Assembly: GCA_002104945.1 (NCBI GenBank)
Contig: MCFH01000082.1
Coordinates: 62,001-126,000, forward strand
DNA from: Piromyces finnis finn
Taxonomy: Eukaryota > Fungi > Neocallimastigomycota
Length of the DNA: 64,000 nt
Direction: 5' to 3'
Within the stretch, counting starts at the first letter, position 1, and each line of letters begins with the position of its first letter. Made by a program: the position numbers and the translations under genes. The notes beneath the pieces are model-generated. The model was not told the DNA's origin. It saw nothing but the letters and a program-made list of their open reading frames with translations, and ran no database searches. Positions 1-13,327 of this stretch are shown one piece after another.

Positions 1-430
1 AGGATAGCTGACTTGACTTCATCAATACTAATATCTTGGTTGATATCCCACTCATCAAGCATAGGAAGTGAAAAACGTTTATTCATTGGTTCTTCATACC
101 AATGCTCCAAATCAAGACTTACACCACTTGGATCTGATGCAAGCTTTTCGAAATGATCATGCCACACTTCTAGTTGTTCTTCCGTAGCAACAACTAATTC
201 TCCATTTTTATTTTTAATTGGTTGAGCAATAAAGAAAGAATCTTTTCCAATTTTTGCAGTTTTCTTGATCCATTTCCAGGCCTTCTTAGGATTATGACTC
301 TTCATATACTCACATCCTGTTTTAATCCAATGAAGATATTCTTGCTTCCTAAATTTATTACATCTTTTGTGGATGTAATCAATGAGCTTACGGTAGATTT
401 CAATTCTTTTAATAAATTCATCTATATCAT
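1..430 (-). pseudogene. Frameshifted (-1) continuation of the LINE ORF toward the RT domain
   Basis: An alternative frame is open to the window edge: IYDIDEFIKRIEIYRKL...KKAWKWIKK...EQLEVWHDHFEKLASDP...ISIDEVKSAI. The shift lies in an A-rich run at ~430-450. Confidence 0.7.
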
Positions 431-2134
431 AAATTCTTTCTTTTTAAATCTCTTATACAACTTCATTTTGATTTTTTGAAGATTAAAAATTTGTTGTGAA
501 ATATGAAATGAAGACTTTATAACATTATTTGCTGAGGTAATACTGAGCTCGTCTGCAATTGAAAAAGCAGTTGAAGTAAACTCTTTGGAAAGTTCATCTG
601 TAGAAACATTAGGATCGTTGAATTTTGCTGAAAGTATTTGGAATTTATTATGACTGAGAATAGATTCCTTTTCCTCAATACATTTTAATCTATTCCATTT
701 CAGAATTTTCTTAGGAACATTAAAGTCATTAGAAAAATCTTCCATAGGAATAATTTTACCATTAATGAGAAGTGGCTTATGGTCTGATACAGGATAAAAA
801 TTATTTATAAATGATCCTGAGTGAATAAGATCTTTCATCTTCGAATTGATAAGAGCATGGTCAATGTCGGAAGATTGATCACCTCGAGTCCAAGAGATAG
901 TAGACCCTCTAAGCGGAAGAATTTCCCAATCTCCTAATCCATTAGTTGATAACCAGTTGGATAATTTAACTTTAGACATATTAAAATCACCAACAAGAAT
1001 CGATGGATGGGATGAATGAGTTTGTAACCACAAGCGAACCTCTAACTTTGCATGATCAACATAGATGTTGTGATGACTATGAGGCATATAAACATTTCCA
1101 ATCGAGCATTTGAATCTATTCCAAAGACTAAAAGTATAAATAGAAATAATATACTTTCCAGAGAAGTTTTCAAGTGAGGCTTGACACGAATTGTGAAAAC
1201 CTAAATATAAACCTCTCATTCCAGGAACTGATTCGTCAGCTTTCTTGAAAAAGTGTCTATAGTTTCGCAAAGTAACACGACAAGGATAATCTGTATTCGA
1301 TCCAGAACCATTACCAGTTTCTTGGAAACATAAAAATAATGGTTTGAAAATAGCTGTGAAATAGCTAATACTATCTCTCTTTTCGTGATTCCACCCATTG
1401 GTGTTCCAACTAAGACAAAAAGAAAAGTTATCAGGCTTGTTGGATGAGGAAGAATCGTTGCTATTATTATTATTATTAAAGTCATCGTTATTAATGGATG
1501 ATGCATCAGAGGAATAAGTAGAACTATTACTAGATGGCTGTGAAGCTGAAGAACTATCAACTATTGAACTGTTATCAGAGTTGATAGAGCTATTAGAATT
1601 AATTGTTGAATGTTGAGATTGAAATTGTGTTTGCTGTAGATCTGGAATATTTTCATGATGGGAAACTTGTTGAAGATCTTGTTGAAGATCTTGTTGAAGA
1701 TCGGATTGTTGATGGGATTGTTGAACTGATTGTTGAAATAATTGTTGAATAGAATGTTGATGTTTATTAGAAACTAAAATTTTACGTTTGAGTGTGGAAA
1801 AAGTGTATTTGTGATTCCTTCTACTACGAGCTGAAAAGGAAATTGAGGTAATTGAAAGTTTCTTCTTTAACATGTGTAAGATTTTAATACAATCTTTCGA
1901 TGAACCATGAACCTTGACTAAGAAAAAGTGATCATTGAAAGTTTGAAAATATTTAACACTAATAACTGAATTAAATTTATCTTCTAGAATAACCTCGAGT
2001 TTTTCCCATAGCATATTTACTGACCATGATCGAATACCACGGATAAAGAAGGAGCGAATATCATCTAAGGGGATACCATAAGACCGGGTACCACGTCTGA
2101 TATAATTCTTATCTTTAATATAAAGGACTGACAT
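422..2134 (-). CDS. LINE ORF: N-terminal basic region, Q/S/N low-complexity linker, apurinic-like endonuclease
   Basis: APE motifs LSWNTNG, LCFQET, LVGDFN, SDIDHAL, SDHKPL in the 570-aa ORF. Confidence 0.85.
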   Translation of the reverse strand: MSVLYIKDKNYIRRGTRSYGIPLDDIRSFFIRGIRSWSVNMLWEKLEVILEDKFNSVISVKYFQTFNDHFFLVKVHGSSKDCIKILHMLKKKLSITSISFSARSRRNHKYTFSTLKRKILVSNKHQHSIQQLFQQSVQQSHQQSDLQQDLQQDLQQVSHHENIPDLQQTQFQSQHSTINSNSSINSDNSSIVDSSSASQPSSNSSTYSSDASSINNDDFNNNNNSNDSSSSNKPDNFSFCLSWNTNGWNHEKRDSISYFTAIFKPLFLCFQETGNGSGSNTDYPCRVTLRNYRHFFKKADESVPGMRGLYLGFHNSCQASLENFSGKYIISIYTFSLWNRFKCSIGNVYMPHSHHNIYVDHAKLEVRLWLQTHSSHPSILVGDFNMSKVKLSNWLSTNGLGDWEILPLRGSTISWTRGDQSSDIDHALINSKMKDLIHSGSFINNFYPVSDHKPLLINGKIIPMEDFSNDFNVPKKILKWNRLKCIEEKESILSHNKFQILSAKFNDPNVSTDELSKEFTSTAFSIADELSITSANNVIKSSFHISQQIFNLQKIKMKLYKRFKKKEFMI

Positions 2135-4789
2135 GATAATAAATTCTAATTAAAAAATATTGAATATAAAATAAATACTAATAAAAATTACAAATATAAC
2201 GTATATGGAAAAAAATCTGTCTCTCTCTCTCTTCTTAAAAGTACTGGATAGTACAAAAATTGTTACGATGCTTTGTTTAAAATTTCTTTTTTTTGAATTC
2301 TAGATGTAAATTTTCTTTAAAAATTCTAGTTTTGGTTTGTTGTTAGTAAATTCGATTCGCTTTTTGACACTAAAATTGTTTGACTTTACTTTTCATTAAA
2401 TATTTAAATTGGTAAAAAATTTGAATCAAGAATGTCGACACCAGAAAGCTTGTGAATAGTATTTTTACATGATGTAGAGTGAATCAGTCTCTTACAAGAA
2501 ACAATACAACAATAGCTACATGAATATAAAAATACAATGCAAATGCTAAAGTTGACTACATTGGATTCTTACAAGAGAAGAGTAGTACTACATGAATACA
2601 TGAATAAAAGAAAAAAATACAGCAACAAAATGTATTACTCTTCTAATTAAATACTATACAAACTTACCTGAGTATCAAACATTCAACTTATTCATCAAAT
2701 ACTTAAATTCGATGAATAAAATGTTTTTTAATCGCTCAGTACCATGAGCTTAGTCCTAATAATTTTCCCTTAAAGACTAACCAAGCATCCATTGCGCAAT
2801 GCTTGGATTTAATTCTTTCTACTCTCTCAGTACCATGAGCATGAGTAGACCCCCTTGAGAAACTACATTTATTAAATAAATGAAGGCACGTTCCCAAGAG
2901 GGTTGAAAAGTAATTAACTAAATAATAATTTATTATTTTTATATAAAAATATTTAACCTATGTTTAATCTATTATTTTATTTTTATATTTATTTTTTTTA
3001 AAAATAAAAATGAAATTTAAGCGGATTTATTTCCACCATTAGTTTTATAAACTATGAATTAGAAAAAAAAAAAGCATTTTAATTTTTATTATAAAGATTA
3101 AACATATATACTAGAAATATTTTTTTATAGTTATGTTATTTTATTTAGATTCTTATTTTTTTTAATATTGTGGAAAGAAATCTAGATACATCATGTATAA
3201 ATTAAATATAAAAAAACAAAAAATTAAAAAAAAAGGAGGTTTATATATCAATTTTTATAAAATCTATCCTCTCTCTAATTTTACTCTAAAAATATATTTA
3301 CTTATTTTTATAATTTATATTTTATATTCTTCAAAAATGAAAATATAAAATATATTAATTTTTAATAGGTTTTTTATAGTCTAAAGAAATAAAAATATGA
3401 TTATAAAAAGCTTTACAATTGCTTTATCTGAATGCCTATAAAAAGAATAAATTAAACGGATTTATTTTCATTTGTTAATGACACAAATTTTTTAATTATT
3501 ATAATTGAAACTACAGAAGAAAAAGGTCTTAAAAAATTTATGATTGATTTATTTAAACTGGGTGGAAAATATTATTATGATAAATGTAAAAGTAATAACA
3601 AGAAGTGATGAAATAATAAACATTGAAATACAAATTAGTAAAGCTCACGATATTTTTAAATGATCACTTTCTTATTCATCTAATTCAAATCACTATCTCA
3701 TAATATTAAATATAAAAATAAAAATCTTCCTAAAGTAGTTGTGATAAATATATTTAACTTTCATTTATTAAATAATATCAGAAGTATTTATCAATGCATG
3801 AGAATAATTAATACTACAATAAAATAATTTAAAAACCATGGTTATAAATAAAACAAATAAACAAATTATAACTATTTTACTTTATTTTATCCCCTTCTTT
3901 CGTTCTTGATGTTTTTCCTGCTTCTTTTTCGATATTATTTACTGTGTTCTTTGCTATTCTCGTTTTTGTTCTTTTTCTTGTCCCTTTTCTTGCTTCTTTT
4001 CTTGTTCCTGCTTCTGTTATTGTTGTTATGACTTACATTTGCTACCACCTATATTTTTTATCATAAAAATAATCTTCTAATTGGATTATTATTTGTTGCA
4101 TTTTCATATAAAGTAGTTCTACTATTTGATTTATTTGATTCAATTGACATTTATGTGTTTTTTTGTTGATAATAGAAAATAAAATCTATATCTATTATTT
4201 TAATAATTTTTTAGCAGTCAATTACATATACTATTCGGAATCTTGAAACTGAATAGTTTCCGTCAATTATTTATATTTATTGTAAACCTTTATATTTTAT
4301 GTTTGATTAAAAATATTCGTTGTGTATACTAGTTTTTCTTGATTATTTTTATCACTTTTTCATATTCATTAATATTATATGAAGAGATATAAATCATTTT
4401 CATATAGCATCAAATCAAGCAATTGGAAATTAATAGATATTGATTAGGTATTAGTATTGTATTTCAATTATTGTCTGAAATTATTTAAAAAATAAAAAAA
4501 AGGAATCAATGGAAAAAAAAATATAAATGAAAATAAAAATAAATCAAAGGAATAGTATCAAACTCAAAGATTTAAAATTGATTTTTGTAATTAACATTAA
4601 TTACTTTTCGTTTTATATAAAACGTAATTTCAAATTAAAACATCTTTATCAAGTAACATGCTATTTCATTCATTTTTGAAAATATACATTTAACTCTAAT
4701 AATAATAATGATGATGATGATGATGATGATGACAAGTATCAATAATTAATAATTAAAAATAATCATACTACTAAATAATAATAATTTGG

Positions 4790-4819
4790 ATTATTATTAT
4801 TCTAATTATTATTATTCTA

Positions 4820-4896
<77 letters not shown>
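4790..4896. repeat. (TAT)n microsatellite with TCTAAT interruptions
   Basis: Directly visible. Confidence 0.95.
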
Positions 4897-4950
4897 GTAA
4901 ATTTTATATTTTTTTTTAAAGATATTTATCAACAAGAATATTTTATATTT

Positions 4951-5628
4951 TTATCTATTACAAAATAATTCATCAACCTTAACTTCACGAGTGTAAGCAA
5001 ATACACCATAAGTGATATTACCAGCACAATCCTTTTCTCGGTAATCAATACCGGCATAATAATATAATTCATAAAGATCTGTATAACCTGGAACGCGTTC
5101 ATAAAATACAAAAACTGTTAATTTATTATTTTTGTATCCCAAGTTAGCATTATCAATGAAATCGACATTTGATAAAGTGTAGTAGTGAGGCATTCCTCTA
5201 CTATCTTCACCACCTTCTTCTACGGTATATTTACTTAAATCAGCTTTATATTGTCCGCCAAACTTTGTATCAATAAAAAATTGAAGAAATTCTTCGAGGC
5301 TCATAGGTTCTTCACCTTCAACATATCTTTCATTACCATTTAATACAAATTCCAGATTACCAGTAATAGAATAATCCTTTGGATTAACAGAAATTCTGTT
5401 TACTTCAGGTATATAATAACCATTGATAAGTTGGACAACCTTTAAATTAACAGGCTTACCAACATCATCCTGAAAATAAGAAGTATACATATAATTTAAA
5501 CCTTTTCCATACTTTTCTAAAATATAATCATCAACTATTTGATAAATTTTTTCTTTTGATACTTCGTTACTACAGAAAGCCTTAAGAATGAGTATGGATA
5601 AAAGAACAAGAAATAATAATTTTTCCAT
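4951..5628 (-). CDS. Secreted hypothetical protein, 225 aa
   Basis: Hydrophobic N-terminal signal peptide (MEKLLFLVLLSILILKAFC); coding-like composition within AT-rich DNA; no family recognised. Confidence 0.7.
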   Translation of the reverse strand: MEKLLFLVLLSILILKAFCSNEVSKEKIYQIVDDYILEKYGKGLNYMYTSYFQDDVGKPVNLKVVQLINGYYIPEVNRISVNPKDYSITGNLEFVLNGNERYVEGEEPMSLEEFLQFFIDTKFGGQYKADLSKYTVEEGGEDSRGMPHYYTLSNVDFIDNANLGYKNNKLTVFVFYERVPGYTDLYELYYYAGIDYREKDCAGNITYGVFAYTREVKVDELFCNR

Positions 5629-7084
5629 TATTTTTTTTTATTTTTTTTTTTCTAATTATTTATAATTTTCTTTTTGTTTTTATAATTATTATTACCTGAA
5701 TTAATAATTATAAAAAGTTTTTTTTTTATTATTAATAATTATAAAATAAAAAAAAAAATTTTTTTTTGCGGTGGATTATCTTTTTATATATTTATAAAAA
5801 AAAAAACGCCAAAAAAAAATTAAAAATTTTGTATTTTCTAAAAATAAATTAAAAAATTCAGAATGGTAGTACAAAACTAAAATTAATATATTATGTTACA
5901 CAATAACAAAACAAACTTTAATCAATATAAAAACGAAATTAAAAATAAAATGAAAAAAGAATTAATAAAATCAATGAATGAATAATAAATAAAAAACTAA
6001 ATAACTAAAAATGAATAAAAATGAATAATTAAAAGACAAAATAATAGATAGATAATAACTAAATAAATATTTAAATAATAAATAAATAGACAAATAATAG
6101 ATAATTACATTTATTAAAGAATAGTTATCTGTTTTATCGTCTATTCCTTATATTCTATTCATGTGTGAGATTCATACTTTTTCATGTCACCTAAAAAAAA
6201 ACTTAAACTTTATTTTATATTTAATATATTATTAATTTTTATTATATAATATATTATTATTTATTGTAATATATTATAGATTATATTTAAAAAATTTTCA
6301 ATAAAATCTCGAAACAAAATGAGTCATTTTAAAAAAAAAAAAAAAAAAGAAATCACAAGGCACATAATAGAAAAATAGAACATTTGAAAATTTATAAACA
6401 AAAATTGTTTGATGATACCTAAAAAATTATGGTGATGGTGATGGTGTCATGGCTAAAAGTTAGGAACAAAAGTTAGGACTAAAAGTTATGTTTTAATCCT
6501 ACACTATTTAATTTTTATAATCCTTATTTTATATCCTTTATATTTATTATTCAATATTGAATATTTCTTTGAAATACAATATGATTTATAATTCTATAAT
6601 ACTATGGTTATATATATATATATAATATCCTAATTTTAGAATCATTATAATTTTTATGAAATAATTCTATTCTTTGGAAATCTATACGTCGATACAGATA
6701 TTCACTTTTTTTTCATCATTAAAAAAATATAAAAATTGGTTATGGTCTAATGAAATGATTTGTATTAAAATAGTGATGATGGTGGTGGTGGGATGTGAAT
6801 ATATGTAGGTGTAGGTGTAGGTGTGTGTAAACTATATAATTATTTTTTAGTTGGAATATAAAAAAAAATAATAATTAAAACTTTATAAAAAAAAAAAGAA
6901 TGAATAATGAATAATAATGAATAAATAATAATAATTAAGAGAACAAATTTTCTTTTGATTTATATATTATAGATATCTTTATTTTTATTTTATTTTTGCA
7001 TATTTTATTTTTATTTTAAAAAAAATTACAATATTGAATAATGTTTACCAACATAAACATTACTATTTAGCTTTTTTTTTTTTT

Positions 7085-7510
7085 AAAAAAAAAAAAAAGA
7101 AATATTATTTATTTTTATTATTAATATTAAATAATAAAATAGTGGTTAAAAAATGCATTTAATGATTTATCAAAATATATAGAAATACATGATCAACATA
7201 TATATATAACGGAAGAATTAATGCATTTTATTTTATTTCTATCATTAATTGGAGGGGTTTTTTTTTGCCTTTTTTCTTTTTTTTTTGGTTAATTTTAAAA
7301 AAAAAAAAGAAATATTATTTATTTTATTATAAACATTAAATAATAAAATAGTGGTCAAAAAATGCATTTAATGATTTATCAAAATATATAGAAATACATG
7401 ATCAACATATATATATAACGGAAGAATTAATGCATTTTATTTTATTTCTATCATTAATTGGAGGGGTTTTTTTTGCCTTTTTTCTTTTTTTTTTTTTGGT
7501 TAATTTTAAA
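7085..7510. repeat. ~209-bp tandem duplication in the 3' flank of CBM1 gene 1
   Basis: Anchors repeat at 7142/7351 and 7251/7460. Confidence 0.85.
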
Positions 7511-8444
7511 TACATTGAGAATAGTAGGAATTGTATTCATGACAAGTAGAACCTTGTTCACAACAGGTTGGACCAGAATAGCCTTGACCACCACATTGAG
7601 CCCATTTCTTAACACAATTTTCTTGTGGTTGGCTGGTTGGATTAGAAGAAGATTGAACGGTAACAGTAACCTTTTCAGTAACAGTTACCTTTACCTTTTC
7701 AGTGACAATAACAGTAACTGGTGGGCATTCACCATTTAAAGTTGGAATAGTCTTGGTAGTAGTAGTAGTAGAAGTTGGAATGGTCTTGGTGGTGATAGTC
7801 TTGGTAGTAGTAGTAGTAGAGGTTGGAATGGTTTTGGTGGTGATAGTCTTGGTAGTAGTGGTAGAGGTTGGAATGGTCTTGGTGGTGATAGTCTTGGTAG
7901 TAGTAGTAGTGGTTGAAGTTGGAATGGTTTTGGTGGTGATAGTCTTGGTAGTAGTGGTAGAGGTTGGAATGGTCTTGGTGGTGATAGTCTTGGTGGTGGT
8001 GGTGGTTGGAATAGCTTTAGTTAAAGAGGTAGTAACAGATGAATAGATTGGAAGAGGTCTAGTAGCAATAATTCTAGCGGTAGTGGTTGAAAGAGTTTTA
8101 GTGGAAAGAGTGACTTTGGAAGATAAAGTAAAAACTGGTATTGTTCTAAAGATAGGAGGGGTAGTGGTGGTAGTAGTAGTTTTTACAGGATACTCACAGT
8201 AGTATGTATCAAAACAATATTCATGTCTTGTCTTTACAACACCACCAAATTTAAGACATCTTTCTCTAGCTTCATCTGAATAAGTATTTGGAGTTTGATT
8301 TGCACAATATTTTTCTTTTTCAGCTGGATCTGTTGGTTGACTTGGTAAAACTTTAGTACCATTTATAATGGTATAATTATAAGCATTAACACAAATGAAC
8401 ACCTGTAAAAAGGCAAAAATAAATAAAAATTGTAACTTTTTCAT
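7506..8444 (-). CDS. Secreted non-catalytic protein: small Cys domain, Thr-rich linker, C-terminal CBM1 (paralog 1)
   Basis: Signal peptide from the ATG at 8444 ([10 protein letters not shown]...); [11 protein letters not shown] repeats; C-terminal [36 protein letters not shown] is a fungal CBM1. Confidence 0.9.
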   Translation of the reverse strand: MKKLQFLFIFAFLQVFICVNAYNYTIINGTKVLPSQPTDPAEKEKYCANQTPNTYSDEARERCLKFGGVVKTRHEYCFDTYYCEYPVKTTTTTTTPPIFRTIPVFTLSSKVTLSTKTLSTTTARIIATRPLPIYSSVTTSLTKAIPTTTTTKTITTKTIPTSTTTTKTITTKTIPTSTTTTTTKTITTKTIPTSTTTTKTITTKTIPTSTTTTTKTITTKTIPTSTTTTTKTIPTLNGECPPVTVIVTEKVKVTVTEKVTVTVQSSSNPTSQPQENCVKKWAQCGGQGYSGPTCCEQGSTCHEYNSYYSQCI

Positions 8445-8579
8445 TTTTTTTTTTTTAAATTTGAAAATTGTTAATTTCAAATAAATTTAATTTATTTTTA
8501 ATTTATTTTAAAAAATAAAAAAAATTGTCTTTTTTTTTTTTTTTTGAATATTTTCCTTTATTTAAATAATAAATAAAAT

Positions 8580-8655
<76 letters not shown>

Positions 8656-11292
8656 ATTTTAAAAGAAAAAAAAAAAAAGAAAAATCCATCTTAATATATA
8701 ATAAATCATTTTTTTAATTTATTTTAAAATGATTTATTATCCATATATTAAATATATAATATATATATTAATATATAAATTAATATATGAATGAACTTAT
8801 TTAAAAAATCTTTTTTAATAAATTTTGTGTAACTTTAATAAATAAAAAAGGGGTTGATTAAATTAAAAGTTTTATTAAATTTACTTTCCATAATTTTTGG
8901 ATACATATTAAATTAAATATAGTAGTTCCATAAATTATTATAAAATATAATCTATTATATATAAATAATGTGTAACAAAAAAAGGTGTGGAAAGGTGTGA
9001 AATAAAAATTCTTTACCTAATTTTACGGAATGAAAAAAAAAAAAAGAATTTTTTTTAAACTTTTTGAAAATACAATATTTAAAGCAACTTTCCATATTCA
9101 TTAACCAAAAAAAAAATCATTTGGTAAATGGTAAATGGTTGGTATTCCTAAAAAAAAAAAATTATATTTAATGTGAATGGCCAAATATTTTTTTTTTCAT
9201 TCATAAAAATAATAAATGTAGTTGATAGTCATTGTAATTGTTATTCGCCATTGGAGTTGGTTAGTCATTGTAAATGATACCATTGAATGATGGTAATTGT
9301 TGTTGTAGTAATAAACCCTTCTTTAAAATAAAAAAGGAATCATATTAAAAATTTAAATATAAACTTTATTTTAAAAATTTAAATAATTCAATCTATGAAT
9401 AGAAAAAAAAAACTATGGCCATACATATGACTCTATGACTCTTTTACCAATTAGAGAGCAGAAATACCACAACTATTGTTATCTGAATTATTTTTACAGA
9501 GAGAACATAAATGAAATGTTTACCCTATACAATAATAAAAGCACTTCCTCCATTATTGATATAATACTAACAAATAAAGTATATCTATATTTAAAAAGGA
9601 AAAAAAAATCATTAAAGAATTGATATGATGAATAAAAGCAAATATAAAAGATCACTTATATTTAGAATTCTTCTATATCAACACCCCCAAAGTACTGATT
9701 TGTATTAACTAAAGAATGGAATATTAAGGGCTAGAGAAAAAAAAAAAGAATTCAAATAATAAGTTACTACCTACACAACTTTTTGAAGGATTATAGAATA
9801 TAGGTTTTTTTTAAAAAAAAAAAAGATAGAATTAAACTATTGCAGAATCTTCATGTTTAGTAATATTCCAATCATTGACATCCCTAACATATACATAGAT
9901 TGAAGCATTCAACATTTAAAAAAGGGTTTAAGCCTATAAAAATATCGTCAAGAGATAGGAATAACGGATGAGGATAGATAAGCCTTTTTTTTTTTCGATA
10001 TTATTAATCATGTTATAGATTCAAATTTTAAATGGAATAACCCAAGCAACTCTTTTTTTTTAATAGGAAAATATTTAGAAAGCACAAAAAAAAACTTTTA
10101 AATCTTTATTAGTATTTTCATGATAAAGTAAATAGTTTTTTTTTTATTTTTATTTTTTCATATTCATATTAAGTTGTTTTTTTTTTAATAATTTCATAAA
10201 TAATATTATTTATAATTTGAATTTTTTTCTTTTTACTAAAAAACATTCATTTATAGTTTGTTAGCGGTTCAAGATTCAAACATCATGAATGAAAATTTAA
10301 AAAAAAAAAAAAAAAACAAGAAATTTATTATCTTTATAAAGTATTGATACATTTCGTGAATTTGATAACATCATATAAAAAACTATAAAAAAATATGAAA
10401 AAATTATATATATAATATTTAAATAAAAAAAAAAAAAAGAAATATTACTTTGTAAAAAAAATATGGTTGATGCTTGATTTTATTCAAAAAAAAATTTTTT
10501 TTTTTTTCTTTTTCCAATTTTTAGAATGAATATTATTAAAGTTAGTATTAAAGTGTTTGTAGTTTGTAAGAATTTTTAAATAGTATAATAACTAATTTTT
10601 TGAAATTTTTTTCTTAACTTTTATATTTTAAATGTATATCTTTTTTGTTTTTGTTTTTTTTTAAATAGATATTATTAATTATTATATAGTGTAAATTGAA
10701 GCCAAATGGAAAATAAAAAGAAAATTATTAGAGGCTACTTAAAATATTAAAAATTAAATACAAAAGGATGAAAAATGAATCAGTTCTGACAATAAAAATA
10801 AAATAATATATTCTTATTATATTTTATATAAAAAAAAAAAAAGAATATTATAATTATACAATTGATGATTCTTACCAGAAAAAAAAATAATAATAATAAA
10901 ATACATATTTTAAAAATAAAAAAGTTTGATTCACAAAATTTACATAAAAAAAATGAATACTATTTTTCTTTTAACAAATCTAATTCTAAATTTAAAGTGA
11001 ATAGTTAAATATTACATGGATTAAGATACTATAGGAAATGTTACGGGAAACCAAGTTCACCATGCTTCTCTATCTGTACTTTAAAAAAGGAACCTCATTA
11101 ATGAATTAAATAATGATAAGAAGTCCATTGTTTGACCCATCCATTATTAATAACTTTAAATAATAGTGTTAAGCTCTATCATTATTATCCAATAAATAAA
11201 AAATTTTATAGATAAATTTTTTATTATTTTACTTTATCTTTTTTCTTAAAAAAAAAAAAAAAGAGACAATGTGTTATAATATTAACAGCAGC

Positions 11293-11324
<32 letters not shown>

Positions 11325-12894
11325 AAAAGACAACAAAATAATTGATGGATATTTTTTTAAAAAAAAATATCATCAAAAAAATAAAATACAGAAAGATTAG
11401 TGATTAGTTTATCATTTCTTTTTTTTTTGCATCTCCATCCAATATTTTTTTTTCTATTTTTTTTTTTTTTATTATTTCCATAATTTTTTTTCCCTTTTTT
11501 TTATGTTGGTATCATATTCCATCTTTAGATGATAATGGATAACTATTTATCAACGTACATAATTTTTATTTTAATTATTATATATTCCTTGATGATATTT
11601 TTTTATTGTTAATATCACTTTCATTAACTTTTTTTTTCTTTACACCAATTTTTGTTAGGATACCTGTTATTATTATTGCAATATGGATATAAGTTTTAAA
11701 ACCATGTAGTAATTTATTAAAAAAAAAAAAAAAAATAGAAAATACTAATAAAAACAACCTATAAAAAAAAGTAATTTTATTAATTACTTAAAAAACCCTT
11801 CCCAAAATTCAAAAAATAAAAAAAAAAAAAAAAAATAATTTTTTATAGATGCAATGATAAATTATTATTTTTTTTAATTAATATCATTTAAAAAAATAGA
11901 GTACAATTCTATTTATTTAAACTATTCCAATAAAAGTTATTTAAAAATAATCTTTTTTCTTTTTTTTTATTTATTTATAATTATTTCTTATCATTTATTA
12001 TTTTAATTGCCCAAGTATAAATTTTTATTTTACATAAAAATAACTATTCCTATAATTTATTTGTTTCAATAATTATCCTTACGGATATTATATAACTATG
12101 GCTAAAAGTTATGTTTTAATCCTACACTATTTAATTTTTATAATCCTTATTTTATATCCTTTATATTTATTATTCAATATTGAATATTTCTTTGAAATAC
12201 AATATAATTTATAATTCTATAATACTATGGTTATATATATATATATAATATCCTAATTTTAGAATCATTATAATTTTTATGAAATAATTCTATTCTTTGG
12301 AAATCTATACATCGATACAGATATTCACTTTTTTTTTTTTTTAGGTTGTTAAATATTTATAAAAAAAAAATTTTTTTTTTTTTTTGATCACACGTAACAC
12401 TTTTAAAACGTAAAAGGCTAAAGGATTAACTTAGTGAAATGAACCATTTTAAAAAGGAATCCACTTTTTTTTCATCATTAAAAAAATATAAAAATTGTTT
12501 ATGGTCTAATGAAATGATTCGTATTAAAATATACGTTGAAATTGGTTCAAAATTGACATTGTTGTTGTTGGTGGTGGTGGTGATGTGAATATCTGTAGGC
12601 TTATGTGTGTATGTGTAGGTGTGTGTAAACCATATAAATTAGTTAATAATACTTTTTTGGTTTAAAATATAAAAAAATATTATAATTAAAACTTTATAAA
12701 AAAAAAAAAGAATGAATAATGAATAATAATGAATAAATAATAATAATTAAGAAAACAAATTTTCTTTTGATTTATATATTATAGATATCTTTATTTTTAT
12801 TTTATTTTTGCATATTTTATTTTTATTATAAAAAAAATTACAATATTGAATAATGTTTACCAATATAAACATTACTATTTAGCTTTTTTTTTTT

Positions 12895-13327
12895 TAAAAA
12901 AAAAAAAAGAAATAGAAAATTTATTTTATTATAAACATTAAATAATAAAATAGTGGTCAAAAAATACATTTAATGATTTATCAAAATATATAGAAATACA
13001 TGATCAACATATATATATAACGGAAGAATTAATGCATTTTATTTTATTTCTATCATTAATTGGAGGGGTTTTTTTTTGCCTTTTTTCTTTTTTTTTTGGT
13101 TAATTTTAAAAAAAAAAAGAAATATTATTTATTTTATTATAAACATTAAATAATAAAATAGTGGTCAAAAAATGCATTTAATTATTTATCAAAATATATA
13201 GAAATACATGATCAATATATATATATAATGGAAGAATTAATGCATTTTATTTTATTTCTATCATTAATTGGAGGGGTTTTTTTTTTGCCTTTTTTCTTTT
13301 TTTTTTTTTTTTTTGGTTAATTTTAAA
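12895..13327. repeat. ~208-bp tandem duplication in the 3' flank of CBM1 gene 2
   Basis: Anchors repeat at 12953/13161 and 13062/13270. Confidence 0.85.

Larger units (their letters stand above)
1..2902 (-). mobile_element. Non-LTR retrotransposon (LINE, APE-type), 5' part; continues off the left edge
   Basis: APE endonuclease ORF, then a frame-shifted continuation ending ...QDISIDEVKSAI (typical pre-RT segment). The 5' boundary (~2900) is only estimated from a hairpin-rich segment. Confidence 0.85.
6449..9340. repeat. Segmental duplication copy 1 (CBM1 gene plus flanks)
   Basis: Collinear with ~12097-15485; shared anchors such as atggctaaaagtt...atgttttaatcctacac and ataaacc(c/t)ttcttt. 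Confidence 0.8.

Noticed and set aside
425-455. Possible programmed frameshift in the left LINE
   Set aside because: No X XXY YYZ heptamer in the correct frame; a 1-bp loss in an A-rich run (mutation or sequencing error) is simpler.
2734-2902. HDV-like or hammerhead ribozyme call
   Set aside because: No catalytic C in a J4/2 position, no P2/P3 pseudoknot, and no CUGAnGA/GAAA core.
3890-4150. Coding-like K/E/Q-rich stretch on the minus strand
   Set aside because: Multiple stops in all frames and no recognisable domain; at most a decayed fragment.
4786-4968. Poly-Tyr ORF
   Set aside because: Translation of the (TAT)n microsatellite.
7458-8046. Plus-strand Val-rich ORFs (also 13332-13857)
   Set aside because: Antisense shadows of the Thr-rich repeats of the CBM1 genes.
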